Made by a program: the position numbers and the translations under genes
The notes under the pieces: generated by a model
Databases searched by the model: none
Seen by the model: the letters and a program-made list of their open reading frames with translations, nothing else
What the model was told of the DNA's origin: nothing
Part shown: positions 56,571-64,000 of the stretch, in pieces
Position numbering within the stretch: the first letter of the stretch is position 1
Layout: each line of letters begins with the position of its first letter
DNA from: an uncultured Gammaproteobacteria bacterium
GTDB lineage: Bacteria; Patescibacteriota; Patescibacteriia; Magasanikbacterales; GWA2-37-8
Reading direction: 5' to 3'
Assembly: GCA_964496095.1 (NCBI GenBank)
Contig: CAZBWU010000002.1
Span: 15,595 to 79,594 of the forward strand
DNA: 64,000 bases

Positions 56571-58376
56571 TTACATCCCTCTCGCTTTTTTCTTTGCTTC
56601 ATTCACATCCAAAACCATTTTTCTAATACGGATATTTTTTGGAGTAATTTCTACGAGTTCATCATCACTAATATATTCCAAAGCATCTTCTAGACCCATA
56701 GCTTTTGGCGCTTTAAAATACTCACTCACACCATCGCCTTTAGAACGCATGTTAGAAAGTGCTTTTTCTTTACAGACATTAACACTAATATCTTCACTAC
56801 GTGCATTTTGTCCAACCACCTGGCCTTTATAAACGCTAACAGCCGGGCCAATAAACAAAACACCGCGGTCTTGGATATTAAGAAGACCATAAAGATTACT
56901 AACGCCTGTTTCGTGTGCCACCAACGACCCCTGCTCGCGTTCGCGCCAGTTGGCTGGGTCTGGCATATAATCATGGAAGATTGTATTGATAATACCCAGA
57001 CCTCTAGTGTCAGTCAAAAACTCAGTGCGATAACCAAACAAACCACGAGTTGGGATAATAAATTCCAAGAACACAATACCATTTTCGGTACGCATTTCTC
57101 GCAGTTCACCATGACGACTACCGAGCTTTTGGATAACTACTCCGGAATGAGCTTCTGGAACTTCGATAAACACCTGTTCATAAGGAGTCATTTTTTTACC
57201 ATCGACTTCTTTGATAATTACTTGCGGACGAGAAACTTGGAACTCATATCCTTCGCGACGCAAGCGTTCAATCAAAATTGCTAAGTGCAATTCACCGCGA
57301 CCGGAAATAATCCAATTACCATCAGTGCTGTCTGCGACTTTGAGCGCCATATCTGTCTCAAGCTCCTTGAACAAGCGGTCACGAATCTGCCGAGAAGTTG
57401 TATAATCCCCTTCTTTACCGGCAAATGGAGAATTATTAACACTAAAAGTCATTTTCACTGTTGGCTCTTCGATATGCAGGAGAGGTAAGGCCACCGGGCT
57501 CATCACATCAGCCACAGTCTCACCAATATTCATTTCTGAAATACCAGCAATGGCTACCACATCTCCAGCAAAAGCTTCTTGAACTTCGATTCTTTCCAAA
57601 CCAAAGAATGTCATCAACGCCATCACACGACATTTTTTCATCTGACCTTCACGGTTAATATGCATCACATCTTGTCCAGTCTTAATAGTACCATTGTAAA
57701 TTCTACCAGTAGCAATTCTGCCTTTGAAACTATCTGCATTAATTGTTGTAATCAAAATTTGTAATGGCGCAGTTGGATCTACTTTTGGTTCAGGAATAAA
57801 TTTCAAAATTGTTTCAAAAATAGGAGTGATGCTATCCATTTTTTCTAGGTCTGGTTGCAAGTCAGCTTTGCCTTGTTTGGCAGAAGCATAAATAACTGGA
57901 AATTCCGCCGTCTCGTCACTAGCACCAAGTTCTACAAACAAATCAAAGGTTTTGTCGAGCACCCAGTTTGGTCTAGCCCCTGGTTTATCAATTTTATTGA
58001 TAACCACAATAATCTTATGACCCATCTGTAAAGCTTTTTTAAGTACAAATCTGGTTTGAGGCATTGGCCCTTCTTTGGCGTCAACAAGCAACAAGCAACC
58101 GTCAGCAAGTTTTAAAACACGTTCTACTTCCCCGCCAAAATCAGCATGACCTGGAGTATCAATAATGTTAATCTTTGTGTCTTCCCATTGCACCGAAGCA
58201 TTCTTAGAAAAAATTGTAATTCCGCGTTCACGTTCCAAATCATTACTATCCATAATTGCCTCTTGACTTACCATTTCTTTGGAAAGTTTGGTCTTAGATT
58301 GACGAAGCAAAGCATCCACTAAAGTGGTTTTTCCATGGTCAACGTGGGCGATAATGGCGACATTGCGGATATTCAT
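56571..58376 (-). CDS. typA: Translational GTPase TypA/BipA
   Basis: G domain (AHVDHGKTTL, DTPGH, NKID), an EF-G-like domain arrangement and a 601-aa length. Confidence 0.9.
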   Translation of the reverse strand: MNIRNVAIIAHVDHGKTTLVDALLRQSKTKLSKEMVSQEAIMDSNDLERERGITIFSKNASVQWEDTKINIIDTPGHADFGGEVERVLKLADGCLLLVDAKEGPMPQTRFVLKKALQMGHKIIVVINKIDKPGARPNWVLDKTFDLFVELGASDETAEFPVIYASAKQGKADLQPDLEKMDSITPIFETILKFIPEPKVDPTAPLQILITTINADSFKGRIATGRIYNGTIKTGQDVMHINREGQMKKCRVMALMTFFGLERIEVQEAFAGDVVAIAGISEMNIGETVADVMSPVALPLLHIEEPTVKMTFSVNNSPFAGKEGDYTTSRQIRDRLFKELETDMALKVADSTDGNWIISGRGELHLAILIERLRREGYEFQVSRPQVIIKEVDGKKMTPYEQVFIEVPEAHSGVVIQKLGSRHGELREMRTENGIVFLEFIIPTRGLFGYRTEFLTDTRGLGIINTIFHDYMPDPANWREREQGSLVAHETGVSNLYGLLNIQDRGVLFIGPAVSVYKGQVVGQNARSEDISVNVCKEKALSNMRSKGDGVSEYFKAPKAMGLEDALEYISDDELVEITPKNIRIRKMVLDVNEAKKKARGM

Positions 58377-58395
58377 ACTTAATTGTTATTTTTGT

Positions 58396-58495
58396 TGTCA
58401 TCTTGAGCGAAGTCGAAAGATCCCTTATACTAAGCTATTTAAAATTCTTGGTTTAAGGGATTCCTACACTACGGTCGGAATGACAAGTACATTGC
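58396..58495. repeat. MITE/REP-like palindromic element copy E10, 20 nt upstream of the typA start
   Basis: tgtcatcttgagcgaagtcgaaagatccc ... gggattcctacactacggtcggaatgaca. Confidence 0.75.
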
Positions 58496-58613
58496 CATCC
58501 TTTGACAAAAGTTATAATTTAAAAATCTGCCGAGCCGTGGCAGAAAGCACTGAAACTATACTACAAAAAAATCTATCTGTCAATGGAAAGGCTCTTATTT
58601 TAAGCCAAAAACC

Positions 58614-58645
58614 AAAACCCGCCTCTTCGGCGGGTTTTGTAACTA
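58614..58645 (-). terminator. Rho-independent terminator of the giant surface-protein gene
   Basis: On the minus strand: acaaaacccgccgaagaggcgggttttggtttttgg. Confidence 0.6.
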
Positions 58646-58675
58646 TAGGATAAATTCTTTAGAGCATCAAATCAA

Positions 58676-61600
58676 TTAAGATTTAGATACGGTCTTTGAA
58701 TTTGCATCCCAGTTTTGTAGCAAGAAACTGTTCATCCACTCAACTGAAGTGAAGGCGTCAGTATCTGCACCATTATCAGACCAAACAAATGCATTTATCG
58801 TATCTACAACAGTTGCATTGTTACCTGATCTTACAACACCACCAGACAATGCTGAGGCATCTTGAACAAACTTAACACTTACACTATCACTGGTTTCAAC
58901 ACCGGTGAAATCAGCACGAACTTCGAAGATCTTAGTTGTGCCTTTAGCGATAGTTGGTAAAGTTGAACTGGTCAAATTAATTGGATATGCAGCAGTAGTT
59001 GAAACTGTGAGAACACCTGAAGTGCCGATCACAGTAGATGGCGCTGTCATATCATACAATTTTACAGTTCCAGCAGTGATCCTCAACTCATTACCACCAT
59101 CAGAATCACCGAAAGTGATATATGGAGTAATGCGAGCCAGAGTCACATCTTCATTAGCATCGGCAGTCACCGAGAATTTGAAGATAGTCACAGTATCAGA
59201 TGCCAAAACAGTACTTGGCAAAGCTAACACACTGACAGTAGGAGCTGATTTTACAACTTGATAAGAGTTGCTAACAGCAGCATCTGCAACAATGTCTACA
59301 TAACCTGACCCACCTTGAGCGTTAAAGTCTCCACTAACAGCGGACAAAGCAAAGGTCAAGGTATCTCCAGTATCAGAACCAATACCGGCAGTAGCGTCAG
59401 TAGCTGTAGAACGCTCACCGATGGCGTTCAACATAGCTTTTACGATCACCGTAGTACCGGAAATAGGAACTTGAATACTCAAGCCACTAAATGTAGTTGT
59501 GCCATTGGCATCAAGACTAGCAGGCTCAGACAAAGCAGTAACTCCGTCTGCGGCGTACAATCTCAAATATTGAACATTGTCGTACGTAGTATTAGCGCTA
59601 CTAACACCTACAGCCAATTTATCAACTGTAAATGCTTCTTTAGTAGCAGTTAATTTAATACGATGCACTTCTTGCTCAGTAGCCAAACCAGCAATCAACA
59701 CTTTTGCTAATGGTTTACCAGTATCAGCGGCAGTAGTAATTGTACCCTGACCTGTAATGGTAATAGCTACAGATGGAGCAGTTGTTCCATTGAGATTATT
59801 GCCAGTGACGGTTGGAACAAAAGTTGCTCCTGTTCCGTCTTCAGCAGTCACATCAGCAGCAGCAAAGGTGAAAGCAAAACGATCATCGTCCCCACCGTAA
59901 GGTGCATTACCAGACACGGTTGCACGAGCGATTACAGTTTTACTGGTCCCGGCTGGAACATTGTAATAACCTCCAACAAATTTGCTGGAATTAAATACCA
60001 CATTACCAGAAGTATCCACTGAAGCTGGTCCAGCAATCTTGGTGTTGCCAACATACAAATTCACTTCAGTAACTAATTCGTTGGCGTCCACTGTACCTTC
60101 TGTTGTGTCTACATAAGTACCATCAGTAGTACCTACATTATCAACATAGACGTTCAATGTTAAAGCAGTTAATTTAACATCGTTGCCTGTACCAGAACCA
60201 GCGGCAAAAATCATTCCTAAAGCATCTACTGTAGAACCCTTCACAACTGTGCGGGATTCAGGAGTAGTAGCCCGAGAAACAGTCAAAGCACTGGAACGAG
60301 TGGTAATAGGATTACTGGCGATAGTGCTCCTTGGCACAATGTCAGTAACGGCCACATCCTTTGAATCTTTAATGACAAATTTAGTTGCGTCAGTAAAATC
60401 AAAGGTTGCGGTGTAAACTACACCGGAAATTTGAGCGGAATTTATATCGGCTACTAAGGCGATATTTCTGGTTGCGCCTTTAGCAATAGTGAAGTATTCG
60501 GTATAGACAAAGGTCAAAGTATCCTCTTCGGATTCAGTGCCAGCCCAACCATCGGCATCAGTGACAGCTTTAGCAGAACCAACAGTTCTACCAGTATCTA
60601 AATCTTTCAACTTCAAATTGCGAAGTAAAAGTGTAGAAGTGCCAGTGTAGTTCTGACCAACACCGGTCTTGAACATACCCCAATCATAGCCACCAGAAGC
60701 AGCTACTTCGTCTGGGTTAACTGTCACAGTCATCTTCTGAATTTCCACAGTGTCGGATTTGGCAGTAATTGCTACTTTGCCTAATTCAACTTCAGTACTA
60801 TCAGTTTTTACATCATGAGCAGCTAAACTCTTGTTGGCAATAGTTACACCACCACCAAGTAAAGTATAATCTTGCTCTAATGAAGCATAGTTGTTAGTAA
60901 CACTAACGCCATAACCATATGATACACCAACAGCTTTAACATCGTTGGTTGAGTCCATATAGAAATCAACTGTATCTCCAGAATCGGCTAAGGCTGAAAC
61001 ATCAGCTTTAACAGTGAAGATTTTGTTGGCGCCATTTAAAATTCTCAAAGGAGAATTTAAAGTAAATGCTACCAAACGACCACTAACTGTTGCGACAGCA
61101 GGAACTGAATTAGTGCCTTGAGTCACAACAAAATTAGACAAGTGACTGGTATCAATGGTACCACCTTGTTTTAAGGTGAAACTATAAACATCGATGTCTT
61201 CTGAGCCAGCAGTTAATTTAAACTGGGCAACAGAAGCGCCAGAATCGCCAACAACCGCAGCACTCAAAGTGCCATTGTCGTCAACAGTAACTGAACCAGC
61301 AGTCTGTGAACCAATAGTAAATGTATTACCAACCAATGGCATAGAACCACCAGCGTTACCAGAAGCCAATTTGGCAGAGATAACGGAGAAAGCACTATCA
61401 CCAACGGAACCGGCAGTTGTCGCCAAGCGCAAAGATAACGCTTTGGTTGTACCAGCTTTAACAGTCAAATTTAATGCACTAAACACCGCTTCGTTAGTAT
61501 CAGAGGCAAAAGTCTTGCCAGTGCCAACGCGATTGGCGCCATCATACAAAGTGACGGTCAAACCAGTCACTGCACCAACGCCAACTCTCTTGATGACAAG

Positions 61601-62497
61601 TTCGTCCAAGATAGAATCATTGGCAGATGGGTTAACAGCGTTGAATTTTAATACATCAATATTTGTAGCGCCCTTTGGCACAGTTTTGCTAGCTGGATTT
61701 TCAGCAGCCAAGGAAACATTTAAAGTTCCACCTGTTTGAGCCACAATAGCTCCGTCTTGAGTTCTATTAGCTAGAACAGATTCCAAAGCGGTAATTTGTG
61801 TACCAACAGTTGTACCAATTAAGTAAGAAGCAGGAACAGCATGTACCCAGCCAGATTTGAATCTGTTTGCAGTCATACCGGTTTCTGTTACTTCACGCAA
61901 CACTTTGTTGGCAGCAACATACCAAGTTTTACCATCTTTACTAACAAGCATACCTTCATGAACTGTACCCATAACATCGGCTCCTCTATTTACATAGTGA
62001 GGCCAGAAAGCATCGGCAACAGTCATTACTTTGTAGTTAGATCCATACAAAGCAGCGGCATCAGCAGAACTGATTTTTGCTAATGAATTTCCTGGTAAAA
62101 CAGCGTACAATTGATCTGAAGAAGTTCTCTTCAAAATGTATGAACCAGGCTGAAAGTTTACAGCACCTGGGTATGCACTAGGAACTGGCAATGAATCAAA
62201 ACATGCTTGAGTTATAGTTGTATAACCTGCATATTGATTAGCAGCAGTGGCTGAAAGACCATTCCAACTCTTAAACTCATCCCCTGAAGGGAAGTAAAGA
62301 ATTTGGTTCATTTTGTTGACAGAGTAAATAGCTGCCTTTCCAGACACTTTTACCATATCACCAGCGGACAAGGTTGGACAAACTGCTGCGTTTGCAGTGT
62401 TTACCAACAAAGGTGCAGCGCCTACGGACCACAACATGGTGGCTCCGACAACGCTAACTGTAAAGATTTTTTTTACAGATTTTAATACAATATTCAT
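58676..62497 (-). CDS. Giant secreted cell-surface protein (1273 aa; T/V/A/G-rich Ig-like beta repeats; S-layer/adhesin-like)
   Basis: Signal peptide (MNIVLKSVKKIFTVSVVGATMLWSVGAAPLLVNTANA). Low-complexity T/V/S/G-rich repeated segments throughout, and no TM beyond the signal. Confidence 0.7.
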   Translation of the reverse strand: MNIVLKSVKKIFTVSVVGATMLWSVGAAPLLVNTANAAVCPTLSAGDMVKVSGKAAIYSVNKMNQILYFPSGDEFKSWNGLSATAANQYAGYTTITQACFDSLPVPSAYPGAVNFQPGSYILKRTSSDQLYAVLPGNSLAKISSADAAALYGSNYKVMTVADAFWPHYVNRGADVMGTVHEGMLVSKDGKTWYVAANKVLREVTETGMTANRFKSGWVHAVPASYLIGTTVGTQITALESVLANRTQDGAIVAQTGGTLNVSLAAENPASKTVPKGATNIDVLKFNAVNPSANDSILDELVIKRVGVGAVTGLTVTLYDGANRVGTGKTFASDTNEAVFSALNLTVKAGTTKALSLRLATTAGSVGDSAFSVISAKLASGNAGGSMPLVGNTFTIGSQTAGSVTVDDNGTLSAAVVGDSGASVAQFKLTAGSEDIDVYSFTLKQGGTIDTSHLSNFVVTQGTNSVPAVATVSGRLVAFTLNSPLRILNGANKIFTVKADVSALADSGDTVDFYMDSTNDVKAVGVSYGYGVSVTNNYASLEQDYTLLGGGVTIANKSLAAHDVKTDSTEVELGKVAITAKSDTVEIQKMTVTVNPDEVAASGGYDWGMFKTGVGQNYTGTSTLLLRNLKLKDLDTGRTVGSAKAVTDADGWAGTESEEDTLTFVYTEYFTIAKGATRNIALVADINSAQISGVVYTATFDFTDATKFVIKDSKDVAVTDIVPRSTIASNPITTRSSALTVSRATTPESRTVVKGSTVDALGMIFAAGSGTGNDVKLTALTLNVYVDNVGTTDGTYVDTTEGTVDANELVTEVNLYVGNTKIAGPASVDTSGNVVFNSSKFVGGYYNVPAGTSKTVIARATVSGNAPYGGDDDRFAFTFAAADVTAEDGTGATFVPTVTGNNLNGTTAPSVAITITGQGTITTAADTGKPLAKVLIAGLATEQEVHRIKLTATKEAFTVDKLAVGVSSANTTYDNVQYLRLYAADGVTALSEPASLDANGTTTFSGLSIQVPISGTTVIVKAMLNAIGERSTATDATAGIGSDTGDTLTFALSAVSGDFNAQGGSGYVDIVADAAVSNSYQVVKSAPTVSVLALPSTVLASDTVTIFKFSVTADANEDVTLARITPYITFGDSDGGNELRITAGTVKLYDMTAPSTVIGTSGVLTVSTTAAYPINLTSSTLPTIAKGTTKIFEVRADFTGVETSDSVSVKFVQDASALSGGVVRSGNNATVVDTINAFVWSDNGADTDAFTSVEWMNSFLLQNWDANSKTVSKS

Positions 62498-62700
62498 AAT
62501 GAATTTAATATTCTTTAACCTAGGGCGCCACTCGTAATCGAGCGGTCGGTAAGTTAAAGGTTTCTCTAGCTTGCGCCAGAGTACAATGGCCTTTGCGAGC
62601 CTTTATCGGCTCTCGACCTGATGCAAAGTACCGCGGATTTTTACTATTTTCCCTCTCTTGCTTAATAAGAAATAATTCTTACCAAACAGGAAAGAAAAAA

Positions 62701-63987
62701 TTATTTATTTGTGGTTGAGACTGGTGTGGTAGTTGGTTTGATAATTATTACTGGAGTTGTACTAATAAATTTGACTGTGCCAGTTGTAGTAGTTACTGGA
62801 ACTACAGGAATAGTTGAACTGGTGCTGGTAGAAAGAACAGTGGTGCTAACCGCTGGATCAACAGCCACAACTACTACCGGCAAGATTGTTTGTACAGCTT
62901 TGATAGCATTATCAGAAATTTTTTCAATTTGAACATTGGTAGCATTAGCCTCTCCTATTTTCTTAACAGCTTCTACTAGATTATCTTGAGATAATAATGT
63001 TTGACCTTCACTAGCTGTTTTTCCAGTTTCAGTACTAAGTACTTGAGCGCTACTAACTGCGGCTTGAGTTTGTTTTGAAGTCACTTCTATCTTATCTGTA
63101 ATAACTTTATTATCCTTTATAGAACCCTCAGAAGCCTTTCCAACCACACTATTCGCAACGACTTTAGCTTCAATTTTTACCACATCCACAGCATTATTGA
63201 CTTCAACAATACTTTGTTTTGAGGCGGTGGCATCTTTCACGGCAGAATTTAACTGGTCGCTTATAGCTTGTTTTACTTCATCCTTAGAAACACCCCGATC
63301 ACCTTGCTGATGTTTTACTACAAGTATTTCTAGTGTTTGTACTGCTATATCTTTTGCTAAACCTTTGACTTCTGAAACTTCATTAGATAAATCACTGGTA
63401 GTGGAAGCATCATTAACAACCAATAAATTGTCTTTGACATCTTCCAAAACACCTTTAATTTCTTTGGCGCTTTGATTTATATTTTTAACGGCTTCTGAAC
63501 CAGTATCAGATATAGTTTTAATTTCTTCTAATTTAACACTCACGATTTTCATTTCATCTTTGAGATCCTTAACTGTTTGGGAAGCTTGAGCTATATTATC
63601 TGACTTACCCTGAGAAACAATTTTACTAATTTCTACCGCTCGTTTTTTGGCGAGCTCTCCGTGCAATTTTACCACCTCACTCTTATTGCCAACTGCATCA
63701 GTTATTACTACTTGAGTTTTTTCAGTTGCTCGTTTAGCAGAGTAAAGCCACTCACCTGGTAGAGATTCGTATGAAGCACTAACTGTGGCAACCCAACTAC
63801 CAACACCCATCATCGCAATAAGAACTAAAGCTGTAGCTGGTCGCAGCACTTTGTAGACAACTGATTGAGGTAAAAATATAGATAAACCTTGCCAGACATT
63901 TTCAGAATTAAATTTATGAGTCCTTGTTTTAGAAACAGTATTATTAATTTGAGACAACAAAAGTTCGCGGTTTCTTTTCAACCACAA
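62701..63987 (-). CDS. Membrane-anchored coiled-coil hypothetical protein with a C-terminal T/V/P-rich tail
   Basis: 428 aa with an N-terminal TM helix (LVLIAMMGVGSWVATV), a long helical K/E/V-rich region and a C-terminus TTTGTVKFISTTPVIIIKPTTTPVSTTNK. Confidence 0.4.
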   Translation of the reverse strand: MWLKRNRELLLSQINNTVSKTRTHKFNSENVWQGLSIFLPQSVVYKVLRPATALVLIAMMGVGSWVATVSASYESLPGEWLYSAKRATEKTQVVITDAVGNKSEVVKLHGELAKKRAVEISKIVSQGKSDNIAQASQTVKDLKDEMKIVSVKLEEIKTISDTGSEAVKNINQSAKEIKGVLEDVKDNLLVVNDASTTSDLSNEVSEVKGLAKDIAVQTLEILVVKHQQGDRGVSKDEVKQAISDQLNSAVKDATASKQSIVEVNNAVDVVKIEAKVVANSVVGKASEGSIKDNKVITDKIEVTSKQTQAAVSSAQVLSTETGKTASEGQTLLSQDNLVEAVKKIGEANATNVQIEKISDNAIKAVQTILPVVVVAVDPAVSTTVLSTSTSSTIPVVPVTTTTGTVKFISTTPVIIIKPTTTPVSTTNK

Positions 63988-64000
63988 TTCATCCGGTTTA

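Noticed and set aside
58503-58525. TTGACA ... TTATAAT on the plus strand upstream of the spurious ORF
   Set aside because: The spacer between the hexamers is only about 5 nt, incompatible with a sigma70 promoter.
58324-58653. Plus-strand 109-aa ORF upstream of typA
   Set aside because: Largely a translation of repeat E10 (CCHLERSRK...) and intergenic DNA. No coding support.
62520-62640. c-di-GMP (GEMM) riboswitch upstream of the giant surface protein
   Set aside because: Only a vague CGCAAAGG resemblance; the conserved GEMM helices could not be reproduced by eye. Kept only as a generic structured-leader finding.

Overview
This 64-kb window is AT-rich (roughly 35-40% GC by eye) and dominated by housekeeping genes: dnaB-ybaB-recR, rplU, mraZ-rsmH-ftsL, murJ, lepA, recJ, pyrG, rplI, era, ctpA-murA, hrcA-grpE-dnaK-dnaJ, yidC, gdhA, rarA, dus and typA. 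Genes are densely packed on both strands. A short YidC, a PEGA/beta-propeller protein, giant T/V-rich surface proteins, a cell-envelope glycosylation cassette and weak Shine-Dalgarno usage are reminiscent of streamlined Candidate Phyla Radiation/Patescibacteria-type genomes; that placement is an inference, not a demonstrated result. There is one tRNA-Glu(CUC), no rRNA and no CRISPR array. The most interesting content is non-genic or unusual: (1) at least 10 copies of a nested-palindromic MITE/REP-like element (termini TGTCATYCYGA...TCRGRATGACA) that abut start and stop codons and at least twice sit in-frame inside coding sequences; (2) a conserved ~85-nt leader shared by hrcA and two envelope-protein genes; (3) a near-consensus CIRCE operator overlapping a strong promoter for hrcA; (4) two short GC-rich (~60%) gene cassettes, each with a strong SD and its own terminator, that look horizontally acquired; (5) a heat-shock operon interrupted by five uncharacterised genes; (6) a membrane-anchored, zinc-ribbon ClpC-like unfoldase with a degenerate first Walker B motif; (7) several candidate structured RNAs.
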